DNA of 64,000 bases from Candidatus Latescibacterota bacterium (GTDB lineage: Bacteria; Latescibacterota; UBA2968). Position 1 is the stretch's first letter. Every line of letters begins with the position of its first letter. Shown here piece after piece: positions 53,944-63,407 of this stretch. Location: assembly GCA_965198115.1 (NCBI GenBank), contig OZ240241.1, positions 2,688,001 to 2,752,000 on the forward strand, given 5' to 3'. Made by a program: the position numbers and the translations under genes. The notes below the pieces were generated by a model that saw nothing but the letters and a program-made list of their open reading frames with translations, searched no databases and was not told the origin of the DNA.

Positions 53944-55813
53944 CCACCGCGCACACCTACTGCGAACTGACGGAATCCGAGCGATTGGCTCGCGCGCTTG
54001 CCGACGTGGACCTTTCGCTCGAACGTCGACTCGAAAAGCGGTTACTCTACGCGTGGCTGGACGCCATCCCCCATCGAAAGGAGTCCGTGCTCTTCCTGAC
54101 GGGCGCCAGCGACACGGGCAAATCGCAGCTCACCAGGAAGGTATCACGTCGCTCGGTCAGAAGAGGCTATGTGGTAGGCCAGAGCAGCGTCGTCGTTTCC
54201 AACGGGCCTTATGGCGTCATCGTCGATGCAATCAGGGAACTGATGGACAAGCTCTCGGAAGAACACGGCTGCCGAAACCTCGAAGCCTACATCGAGACGC
54301 GACCGGGACTGCAGGACCTCCTCGGTGTCGGCCCTGCCTGCACGCAAGATCTTCAGGAACATCCGCGACGCGGCAAAGAGGACATCACGCGGGGTGCGCT
54401 GTTTCGGGAACTCGGTCGTGTCATCAGGATGATCTCGAAAGGCGTCTCGACCTCTTCGCTGCGCAGACCGGTCCTGATGATCCTCGAAGACACTCACCTC
54501 GCGCAGGCCGAGACCATCGATCTTCTTCGCTTTCTCGCGGACTTCTGCTCCAACGATCCCATCGGGTTTCTTGTTGTCGCGACAGGGCGGGAGCGTATCG
54601 TAGAGGCAATCGGCGAGGCTCAGACAGAGCTCGGCCGCAGAGGCCTGGCGAAAACCGTTTTTCTGGACGGGTTCGACGACCATCAAACCGACAGCCTGAT
54701 CAGAAAGGTCTTTCGGCGAAATCGTTTTTCCTTCCCGCTCCGACGTCTTCTTCGTCAAAGCACAGAGGGCAACCCCACTTCGACGATCCAGACCCTATGG
54801 TTATTGAAACAAACGTGCAGTCGTCACGCCTGGACGCTTCGGGAAACGCTCTCCAATCGCGACCTGCCCGCATCGCCTCCAGAAGCTGCCGCAGAACGAA
54901 TCGTAGCCAAACGGAACCGAACCCAGGCACTCCTTTTCGCTACGGCTGTGCTGGGAAGGTCCGCGGACGAAAACGATGTGCTCGCCCTCCTCGATTGGGA
55001 TCATAAACGCCTCCTGTCGACGCTGTCCGACCTTCACACCGTCTATCCAGCGCTCCACCGAGAAGACGAAGGATGGTTGACTTTCTCCACCGAGTCCCTT
55101 CACGAAGCCATCTACGAGTCGATCCCCACGAACGAACGGAATGTGCTTCACAGACTCGCCGCAGACCGTCTCGAAAAGCGGGGAAACCAGGCCCTCGACG
55201 AACGCGTCGCCGGACACCTCGAAGCGGCCGGTTTCGCAGAAGAGGCCTTGCCGTTCAGGACGGCGGCAGGGGATCGTGCACTCCACTTCTGCAGCCCGGG
55301 CAGAGCGGCCACCAACTTCGGCCACGCCCTGCAGACGGCGGCAACCGACAAGGCCCGACGCGACGTTCGATTCGAGCTCTTGCTGAAAACTGCATCCGCG
55401 CTGGCCTCAACGAAGTGCTACGATGAAGCCGTCACCCATCTGGTTGAGGCCGTCGAACAGGCGAAGCAATCGTGTAACCTCGAATGGGAAGCGGATGCAA
55501 AGAAACGGCTCGGAAAGATCGCAGCGGGTCGGCGCGAACTGGGCGGAGCCCTGGCTTGCTATGATCAGAGCCTCGCACTCTACAGAGCCTGCGGCAACGA
55601 GTCGGGTCAGTGCGATGTTCTGCTGAAAACCAGTCGAGTCTACCTCGAGCTCGGCATGTGGGACCAGCTCGGGTGCGTCTACGAAGACGCTTTCCGGCTG
55701 GCCCAGGCCAACCAGAACAACGTGCAGGTTGCAGCCATCTCGATGAACGTGGCCATCATGCACAGCCTCCGGGTGTAAAGCCCGCGGTTGTCTGGACACT
55801 CGGGTGAGTGTAT

Positions 55814-56707
55814 TCAGGCGGCCTTTCGAGTTGCCGTGAGTGCGTTTCTAGCCTGTTCGGGCGTCTTGTAGCCGTGACGTTCGATGATCCACCTGTGGTT
55901 GTATCTGTCCCGAAACTCAAGGAGTGCGAGGCGCAGGTCTTCGATGGTACTGAAGTGTCTAACCCACAGGAGGTTTTCTTTGAGGGTACGGATGAACCGC
56001 TCGGCGCATCCGTTGCCTTCTGGCTCACGCACGAAACTCGGCGATGTTTGGACGCCGAGGAATGCGATCTCGTTCTGGAAGTCGTCAGAGACGTATTGTG
56101 ACCCGTGATCGTGTCGGAGCTCCAGTCCTTCGGCGATGTTTTCTTCGAAGCCCCCGAAGTGTTCACGGATGCCCTGTCGGATCGGCTCGAGAGCCTCAAA
56201 GCGGTTGGCCGTCTTGGAGGCGTGAATGCCCACACACTCGCACGTGCAGTGGTCGATCGCGATAAACACGGAGGCTCTGCCCTCGTCGACCGTGGGCGTC
56301 ACAGTCAGGTCGGTGCCCCACATCTGATCGGGCTTCTCGGTCGTAATCGTGCCATCGTGGGCTCGTCGTTCGCGACGCCGTCCTGGACGCGCCTGGAGCC
56401 CGTTTTCACGCATCAACCGGCGGACCCGATCCTTTGACGTCCGCATACCGTGAAAGCGAAGCCTGGCCCAGATCTTGCGGTATCCTTCGCCGTGGAAGGG
56501 TGACGCGTCGATCTCCTGCTGAATGAGGGAGACCAATTCCTCATCGGTACCCGCTCCGACCGGGCCTCGCTTCCGGGGTTGCCGAAGATCGGTTACGGAT
56601 GAACGACGAAGCTGGCTGTGCACCGTGGAACGGGGTATCTGCAACACTTTGCACACGCGTTTAATGCTGTAGCGTCTCCCCGTGGAGGGCGAAAGGACCT
56701 CACTCAT
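55814..56707 (-). CDS. Transposase OrfB (DDE integrase core)
   Basis: GYRKIWARLR, VRRLMRENGL, WGTDLT, RHDHGSQY, NGCAERFIRTLKE. Confidence 0.93.
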   Translation of the reverse strand: MSEVLSPSTGRRYSIKRVCKVLQIPRSTVHSQLRRSSVTDLRQPRKRGPVGAGTDEELVSLIQQEIDASPFHGEGYRKIWARLRFHGMRTSKDRVRRLMRENGLQARPGRRRERRAHDGTITTEKPDQMWGTDLTVTPTVDEGRASVFIAIDHCTCECVGIHASKTANRFEALEPIRQGIREHFGGFEENIAEGLELRHDHGSQYVSDDFQNEIAFLGVQTSPSFVREPEGNGCAERFIRTLKENLLWVRHFSTIEDLRLALLEFRDRYNHRWIIERHGYKTPEQARNALTATRKAA

Positions 56708-57087
56708 TTCCGCGACCTCCGATGCGCCAAAGGGCGGCGGGCTTCCAGACGATCGATTCTTTGTTGCAGCAGCTCGTTGTCCATCGTGAGCTCGCCAATC
56801 TTCGCCTGGAGGTCCTTGACCCTCTCGTCACGCTCGTCGCTCGGACGAGAGCGTAGTGCGGCCTGGGCGCCAGAGTGGAACTGATCGCGCCACTCGCTCA
56901 ATTTAGCTGCCGTTACTCCCAGATCGCGAGAGACGCTGTCGAGGCTCTCGCCACGCATCACACGTAATACGGCTTCGGCCTTCTTCTTCACGGAGAAACG
57001 ACCCTGCGAAGTCGCGCTTGGATCGGCTGGGCCTCCGCTCGCTCTCGCTCGCTCCGCCCCAACCGATCCCCTGGTAGCCTTGTTCAT
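56704..57087 (-). CDS. Transposase OrfA (HTH and leucine zipper)
   Basis: RFSVKKKAEAVLR, VSRDLGV....LSEW, LQAKIGELTMDNELL; AGGAGG RBS; ATGA overlap with orfB. Confidence 0.9.
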   Translation of the reverse strand: MNKATRGSVGAERARASGGPADPSATSQGRFSVKKKAEAVLRVMRGESLDSVSRDLGVTAAKLSEWRDQFHSGAQAALRSRPSDERDERVKDLQAKIGELTMDNELLQQRIDRLEARRPLAHRRSRK

Positions 57088-57931
57088 GGTGGACCCTCCT
57101 TTTCGACCTACTGTAGGTCAACGGAGTGTCCAAGAAAACCCCGGGGCGCTGGATGCACAGCCTCCGGGGAAACACTCAGAAAGCCATCGAATCCTTTCAT
57201 CGTTGTCTGAGGATCTACCGCGTGAACGGGCTCTGGGACAAGGTAATCTTGGCTCTGCTCAACATCGCGAAGGCATTGGCCGACAGGGGAGATACCGAGG
57301 AAGCCTTGAAATACAACCGCACCGCGTTGGAAACCGCCCGGAAGAGGTTTGACACCGCACGGGAAGCGGCCGCTCTCACGAACCTGGGCGAGATTCACCT
57401 GGCGAACGACGACCTCGACGCAGCCGAGGACGCGTGCGCAGAAGCACTGTCACTGTTCGAGGAAGCCTGCGACTACGTACGCGAGGCGGACACCTTGAGG
57501 GTACTCGCGTGCATTGCCGCAAGATCTCTCGACACAGAACGGGCCCGTTCACTCTACAGGAGCGCCATCGACAAGTCCCGCGAGGCGGGATTCCGTCTGG
57601 GTGAGGCTCAGAGCCTGCGCGACTATGGAGAGCTCCTGGATCAAATGGACCCGAACGGGGCCGCATCGGCCCGGAGAGAGGCGCGCGATCTCTTCGTGGG
57701 CCTGGGCATCCAGGACGAGGCAGATCGCCTCGACAGCACGCTTCGGAACCAGATCACAGCCCGATACAGCAGAGCGGGATGGTTCGCAGGGCTTTCTGAG
57801 CCGGCCCTACGGCAACCGCCTCCAAAATCCTTCCCTGACAAGCCCGGAGTGTCAGCGTCACAAACTTGACCCTTCGGTCATCTCGCATTATTCTTGGGCA
57901 CAATGACCCTCGTTCTTTAAGGCGAGGCGCG

Positions 57932-57960
57932 AGGTCGTCCTTTCGTGGACGGCCTTTTTT
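57932..57960 (+). terminator. Intrinsic terminator closing the TPR/ATPase operon
   Basis: AGGTCGTCC-TTTCGT-GGACGGCCT followed by a T tract. Confidence 0.8.
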
Positions 57961-57962
57961 AT

Positions 57963-59382
57963 GGCTCTATCCGGGTTTCTCAACGGTGAAACTATAGAAT
58001 GACAAGGTCATAGATCGTTCCCTACGCTTGGTTGTGTGTGTAGGACAATCAAAGCGAAGGGGGTGCGACCTATGACCGGGAGCAGATTACTATCGAAACT
58101 GCTGAGATTCAAGGGGTTCCGTGTTGTCAGCTGGTGGTTTGAGGGGAGAAGCTGCTTCGTCATCGCCGTAAAGCCACATAAGAATGGTTGTTGTTGTCCG
58201 GAGTGCGGCCGTCGAGGTAAAATCGTCCGCACAATGCCCCATCCGCGTCGGTGGCGTGACATTCCGGTGTGCGGGTGGAGGGTCTGGCTTCTCTACCATC
58301 CTCGGGAGATTCGGTGTCCTACCCACGGTCGTGTGGTCGAGGAGATTCCGTGGGCGGAGCGGTTCTCTCGGGTGACGTATCGCTTCGAGTATGCCATGCT
58401 GCGCTACTGCCAGACCATGACGCAGAAGGCGGCGTCCGAGTTACTGCGCATCTCTGCCTCGACGCTGTCGGATCTCCTTCACCGATCCATCACGCGGCTT
58501 CGTGAAGGTCATCGTATCCGAGGGCTCAAAACCATCGGGATCGACGAGATCTCCTACGCCAAGCGTCACAGGTACGCCACGCTCGTTTACGATCTGGACC
58601 GCTCCTGCGTGGTGTGGGTTGGCCGCGGCAGGGCGCGTAAAACGATCGATCGGTTCTTCACAGAGGCTCTCAGTCCCTACCAGAGATCCAAGATCGAGTG
58701 GGCCTGCTGCGACATGAGCGAAGCTTACATCGGAGCCATCCAGGAACACTGTCCGAATGCCAAGCTGGTCCTCGATCGCTTTCACATCGTCAAGGCTCTC
58801 AATGCCGCCGTTGACGAGGTCCGTAAGGACCAGTGGCGTAAAGCTGCCCCGGATGAGCGCAAAGCCATGAAGGGCCTCCGATGGCTCCTCTACCGGCACT
58901 CAGCGACACGCTCCAGAGGGGATACTCGGACACTCAAAGCACTGGAGAAGGCGAACTACCGAATCTATAGAGCCTGGAGACTCAAGGACGAGTTCGAGCA
59001 GTTCTGGGAATACAAAGCGCCCTGGGCTGCCGAACGCTTCCTGAAATGCTGGACGACGTCCGCACTCAGAAGTCGACTTGAACCCCTGCGAAAGTTCGTC
59101 AGGACCCTGCGACAGCACTTCTTCGGCGTCCTCGCATTCGTGAACACGCGTCTTACCAACGCCATCGCCGAAGGCCTCAACCGAATCGTCCAAATCGTCA
59201 AGAACCGAGCCAGCGGATTCCGCACACTCGACGCATTCAACGATATGATCTTCCTTACCGTCGGAGACATAAACATCCCTGAGCAGATTCCGAAGAGGTT
59301 CCGCACACGCTAACCGCGCCCCCATGCCAGGAACCACGGCACCTTCACCCACTTCATCTCGTTGAGAGATCCGGATATAGCC
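57963..59382 (+). mobile_element. ISL3-family insertion sequence, copy 2 (1420 bp), no TSD
   Basis: Near-identical to 50924-52343 (differences seen at 58155 and 58682); flanks TTTTTTAT and ATAAATTC do not match. Confidence 0.95.
58072..59313 (+). CDS. ISL3 family transposase
   Basis: Same protein as 51033-52274 except one R/Q change. Confidence 0.95.
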   Translation: MTGSRLLSKLLRFKGFRVVSWWFEGRSCFVIAVKPHKNGCCCPECGRRGKIVRTMPHPRRWRDIPVCGWRVWLLYHPREIRCPTHGRVVEEIPWAERFSRVTYRFEYAMLRYCQTMTQKAASELLRISASTLSDLLHRSITRLREGHRIRGLKTIGIDEISYAKRHRYATLVYDLDRSCVVWVGRGRARKTIDRFFTEALSPYQRSKIEWACCDMSEAYIGAIQEHCPNAKLVLDRFHIVKALNAAVDEVRKDQWRKAAPDERKAMKGLRWLLYRHSATRSRGDTRTLKALEKANYRIYRAWRLKDEFEQFWEYKAPWAAERFLKCWTTSALRSRLEPLRKFVRTLRQHFFGVLAFVNTRLTNAIAEGLNRIVQIVKNRASGFRTLDAFNDMIFLTVGDINIPEQIPKRFRTR

Positions 59383-59597
59383 ATAAATTCCTCCACTATC
59401 CAGAGAACGTCTCAATTTCTAATACACAAGTCTGTGGGCTGCGCGACGACAGGTCAAGGCGCAATGATGCTGTCTATTGGCACCGAAACGTTGACAACGG
59501 ATGCTTCGGAAAAGCCGCACGAAACAGTTGACGCCTGATTTGGGCGTAGTACGTTTCACACCCGTCAAGTCACGTTCAGAATCCAACGGATGATTTT

Positions 59598-60782
59598 ATG
59601 AATATCGAATCCATCGAGTTTCAGATCCTGGAACACGAACCGGTCGAGCTCGAGTGGCGGCCCTATCGGACGATGATCGAATACCCCGGCTCGCACAAGG
59701 TTCGATTCGGCCACAAGCCGTTCGAAGGAGATGGGATTACGCTCGAGCCGAGGCCCTCCTACACGTGTGTACTTCGCATCCGGACCGACGAAAACCTCGA
59801 AACCTGCGGGGTCTTTGGATCAGGCTTTAGTCGGGAGCAAGTCGAGTGGGATGCGCGGACATTCAAGCTCCAGTGGGAGCCGGAACTCGTCGGGGTGAAC
59901 GCGCTCGACCGGGAGTATATGTGGCACAAGATGTGGATGGCCCGACGTTACTTTCACATGCCGTCGATGCTTCCACTCGCGTTGATCGATCAGCTCCTCT
60001 GGGATCTGGCCGGTCTCAAGGCCCAGCTTCCCGTGCACAAACTGCTCGGCGGATTCAGGGACCGCGTGCCGGCCTACCTGACTGAGGCAAGTCGCAACCA
60101 CGAGCAGACACTCGAGGCGGCACAGAAGGCGAAAGATCTGGGTTACAAAGGGTTCAAAGACCACTCGATGCTGGGTGTCGGGGCGAATCTGGCACTCGCC
60201 AGGGAGCTGAGAGATCTGGTGGGTGACGATATGGTGCTGATGCACGATCCTGTGCAACAGTATTCGGTCGAGGATGCGATCAAAGTGGGCCGCCGGCTTT
60301 GGGATCTCGACTATCTTTGGATCGAAGAGCCCCTGCAGGAAGTCGATATGATCGGCCTCAAGCGACTCTCCGACGCGATCGAACTCCCCGTGCTGGCGCT
60401 GGAATCGAACCTCGGGCATCCGTATGTGGCCGTGCCCTATCTTCAGAACGACGCGATCGACATGGTTCGAAACGTGGCGATGGGCATTACGGGTCAGATG
60501 AAGCTGGCCAATCTGGCAGAAATGTTCGGGAAAACGGCCCACGGTGGAAACGTGCACGTGATTGCAGCCGTCCGGAACGATGATTGGTACGAACACCACG
60601 CGAGGAACGCCTTCAAGCGCGGTGATAACGAGCCGCGTCGTCCGCTGTCGTTGGCTGAGGGTGGACTGATCCGAGAAACCTTCGAAGTGCGTGACGGCTA
60701 TATGTATGTCCCGCAGACTCCAGGTCTCGGGCGGGAGATCGATTGGGAGCAGATCGAGGCGAGAACTATCAACACATTATAA
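59598..60782 (+). CDS. Mandelate racemase/muconate lactonizing enzyme family protein
   Basis: LWDLAG....PVHKLLGG, KGFKDH, HDP, WIEEP, PGLG. Confidence 0.9.
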   Translation: MNIESIEFQILEHEPVELEWRPYRTMIEYPGSHKVRFGHKPFEGDGITLEPRPSYTCVLRIRTDENLETCGVFGSGFSREQVEWDARTFKLQWEPELVGVNALDREYMWHKMWMARRYFHMPSMLPLALIDQLLWDLAGLKAQLPVHKLLGGFRDRVPAYLTEASRNHEQTLEAAQKAKDLGYKGFKDHSMLGVGANLALARELRDLVGDDMVLMHDPVQQYSVEDAIKVGRRLWDLDYLWIEEPLQEVDMIGLKRLSDAIELPVLALESNLGHPYVAVPYLQNDAIDMVRNVAMGITGQMKLANLAEMFGKTAHGGNVHVIAAVRNDDWYEHHARNAFKRGDNEPRRPLSLAEGGLIRETFEVRDGYMYVPQTPGLGREIDWEQIEARTINTL

Positions 60783-60810
60783 AATTAGGGAATCGGGGAA
60801 TCGCGTGTGG

Positions 60811-60840
60811 GCCCCTCGGCTCCGCTCGGGATAAACTCCG
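60811..60840. repeat. Extragenic repeat, copy 2
   Basis: GCCCCTCGGCTCCGCTCGGGATAAACTCCG followed by hairpin GGGCGGATGGCGTCCGCCC. Confidence 0.6.
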
Positions 60841-60896
60841 GGGCGGATGGCGTCCGCCCAATGTTAGAGCCCACGAAATCGCCAGGAAAGGCAACC

Positions 60897-62066
60897 ATGA
60901 AAATTGAATCGATCGACTTCCACATCTTAGAAGGGGATCCGGTTGAACCCGAATGGCGTCCGTTGCGGACGATGCGGGAGTATCCGGGGTCACATAAGGT
61001 ACGGTTCGGGCACCGGCTGTTCAGCGGAGAGGGGATTCGCCTGGAGGCGAGACCGGCTTACACGTGCCTTATGCGGATCCGGACAGACGCGAACCTCGAG
61101 ACGATCGGGTCCTTTTCCACGGGATGGGGGAAAGAAGATCTCGAGTGGGGGGCGCGCACGTTCAAGGTCCAATGGGAACCAGAACTGGTCGGGGCCGATG
61201 CACTCAATCGAGAGTATCTGTGGCACAAGATGTGGATGGCGCGTCGATACTTCCATATGCCGTCGACGGCGCCCCTCGTCCTGATCGACACGCTGCTGTG
61301 GGATCTCGCAGGACTGCACGCGAAGCTGCCCGTTCACAAACTGCTGGGAGGATTCCGGGACCGAATCCCCGCTTACCTGACGGAGACGGGCATCCCCTAT
61401 GAAGACACGTTGAAAACGGCTCAGCGCGCGATCGACGAAGGCTACCACGGCTTCAAGGACCACTCGATGCTGGGTGTCGAAACCAACCTGGCTCTGGCGA
61501 AGGATATTCGTGCCCTGGTCGGGGATGAGATGGTACTGATGCACGATCCGGTCCAGCAGTATTCGGTCGACGACGCGATCAAGGTATCACGCGGGCTGGA
61601 AGCGCTGGATTATTTGTGGATCGAGGAGCCGTTGCAGGAGTTCGACATCAACGGTCTGAAGCGTCTGTCGGATGCGGTCGACTTGCCCGTGATGGCGCTC
61701 GAATCGATCCACGGGAACCCTTACCTCGCGACGCCCTACCTGGCTGCGGGCGCGATCGACATCGTGAGGCAAACGGGATTGGGCATCACGGGTCAGATGA
61801 AACTCGCCAACCTGGCCGAGATGTTCGGGATGAACGCACACGGTGGAAACCCGCACGTCGCGGCTGCGATCCGGAACGACGACTGGTGGGAAGTGGGTGC
61901 GTGGCCGCCCACAAGCGCTGATCGATCCATGGGAGCCTCATTCCCCGGGCTGATCGGGGGTGTGATGGAGATCCGGGACGGCTACATGTATATCACTCAG
62001 GAGCCCGGGCTGGGACGGACGATCGATTGGGAGCAGATTGAAGCCAGGACCATTATGAAAATATGA
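60897..62066 (+). CDS. Mandelate racemase family protein, tandem paralogue of the previous gene
   Basis: ATG 60897; long identical blocks such as WHKMWMARRYFHMPS, MHDPVQQYSV, GITGQMKLANLAEMFG. Confidence 0.9.
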   Translation: MKIESIDFHILEGDPVEPEWRPLRTMREYPGSHKVRFGHRLFSGEGIRLEARPAYTCLMRIRTDANLETIGSFSTGWGKEDLEWGARTFKVQWEPELVGADALNREYLWHKMWMARRYFHMPSTAPLVLIDTLLWDLAGLHAKLPVHKLLGGFRDRIPAYLTETGIPYEDTLKTAQRAIDEGYHGFKDHSMLGVETNLALAKDIRALVGDEMVLMHDPVQQYSVDDAIKVSRGLEALDYLWIEEPLQEFDINGLKRLSDAVDLPVMALESIHGNPYLATPYLAAGAIDIVRQTGLGITGQMKLANLAEMFGMNAHGGNPHVAAAIRNDDWWEVGAWPPTSADRSMGASFPGLIGGVMEIRDGYMYITQEPGLGRTIDWEQIEARTIMKI

Positions 62067-62205
62067 AATTAGGAAATTGGCAGATCGATCGCGTCATCTA
62101 TTGAGCCACAATGACCAACGGCTTGGACGATCGCCAAGGCACCGTCACACTGAGCGCGAGTCGAAGTGTCGGTCATCGCAAGATGAGTTTCTCAGGAGAT
62201 CTGAG

Positions 62206-63406
62206 ATGAGCGATAGAGGCATCATCCGAAACCCCTTGCTCGAAGACATCGGCGATCCGATTCTCGCTAGGGCATTGGTCGGGACCACGGAAGAATTGGC
62301 CAGAGCGACCCGGCCGACCTTCTTGGCAAACCCCAATTCACCCGTGACGTGGGGACCGGATGAGTGGGAGGCGCTCGAGGTTTCGCGCGAAGATCTCTTC
62401 GATTGGTCCTCGGTTGAGGCGCAGTTCGATTATGACGCGTTTCTGCGAGACGGCTACGCGCTACTCAAAGGCGTCATGACGCCTGATGCCGTGGAGGCGT
62501 GGACAGAGGCCGTGCAGTTCGGACAGAGAATCAACGACGCGCTGCTTAGAGCCGATTGGAAAGAGATTGACTGGCTCGGCCTTGGGCGAAATCCGCCCGA
62601 TCAGTCCCTGTCGGCGGAGGAGATTGAGGGCGCTATCGGGGGAAGCCAGAAAGCGCCGCAATCGACCGATGAAGCGGGTGTGCTGACGCTGAGGATCAAC
62701 AGCGTGTTCGCGGAGTATTTTCCAGCAGGTCACGTTCCGTATTTCATGAATGTCTTAACACATCCGCAGATGCTCGCACTGGAGCGAATGTGTCTGGCGA
62801 GCGAAGAGGTTTACTTCGATCACAACCAGCTACTGACGCGCCCTCCGGGATATCCCGGAGGGAACTGGCATAGCCATCGTATCGGCGGTGGCCACGATGA
62901 TGGGGTCGCGAGTCTGGACACGTACCGTGCGCAGCCGAACGCGGTTCTGACACTTTGCTACCCCCAAGGGTTCGATAGTGGAGAGGATGGGGGGCTGAAA
63001 ATCATACGGGGAAGCCATCTGTTCCGCGATCCGAACGGCTGTCGGTCTCCGAATGACGAAGAGATGGAGAACGGCTGGTTGAAAGAGCGTGTCAATCCTG
63101 TGACGTCCGAGCCCTTGAGGATCGAGCACCTATCTTTGCCGCCCGGCTCGGTTGCCTGCTGCTTGTCCCACGCAGCCCACGCGGTGTCTCCCAAGTCGGC
63201 GGACAAGTCGACACGCTGGTGTTCCCTATACTGCTATAAGAAAGCGGACGACCAGACCGGACACGTCCAACCCCCGAGCGCGATTCCTCCCGTTTGGGCG
63301 ATGAAAGCGCAGCGTGGTGAATTGGCCCGACACACTCACAGATTTGCTGCGACACAGCTTCGACCGCGAGCTGACCGGAGACCGAAGACTGTGCGACGAC
63401 GAATAA
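62206..63406 (+). CDS. Phytanoyl-CoA dioxygenase (PhyH)-like protein, apparent frameshift at ~63325
   Basis: FLRDGY..L, WHSH, GGLKIIRGSH, PPGS, HAV; as written the ORF ends at 63432, with the likely native end at TAA 63404-63406. Confidence 0.75.
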
Positions 63407-63407
63407 G

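Larger units (their letters stand above)
55774..57152 (-). mobile_element. IS3-like insertion sequence (~1380 bp) with 16-bp flanking direct repeats
   Basis: Ends TGTAAAGCCCGCGGTTGTCTGGACACT and AGTGTCCAAGAAAACCCCGGGGCGCTGG; ATGCACAGCCTCCGGG at 55758-55773 and 57153-57168. Confidence 0.9.
53940..57869 (+). pseudogene. STAND-like (AAA_16-type) ATPase with C-terminal TPRs (844 aa reconstructed), interrupted by an IS3-like element
   Basis: Walker A GASDTGKS, Walker B LMILED, TEGNP, AVLGR, F....LHEAIY, H..AA; frame restored as ...AIMHSLR-GNTQKAIESF... after removing the IS and one direct repeat. Confidence 0.88.

Noticed and set aside
53940-57869. Avs/NLR-like antiphage system
   Set aside because: No nuclease, protease, TIR or SIR2 effector; motifs are of the MalT/AAA_16 regulator type in a sigma54 context. 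Not fully excluded.
50924-59382. Composite transposon formed by the two direct ISL3 copies
   Set aside because: Copy 1 has its own TSD inside a gene that continues on both sides, and the outer flanks (CAACTTTT, ATAAATTC) do not match.
59477-59495. Second sigma54 promoter at TTGGCAC
   Set aside because: No GC at the -12 position (reads GG-N10-TT).
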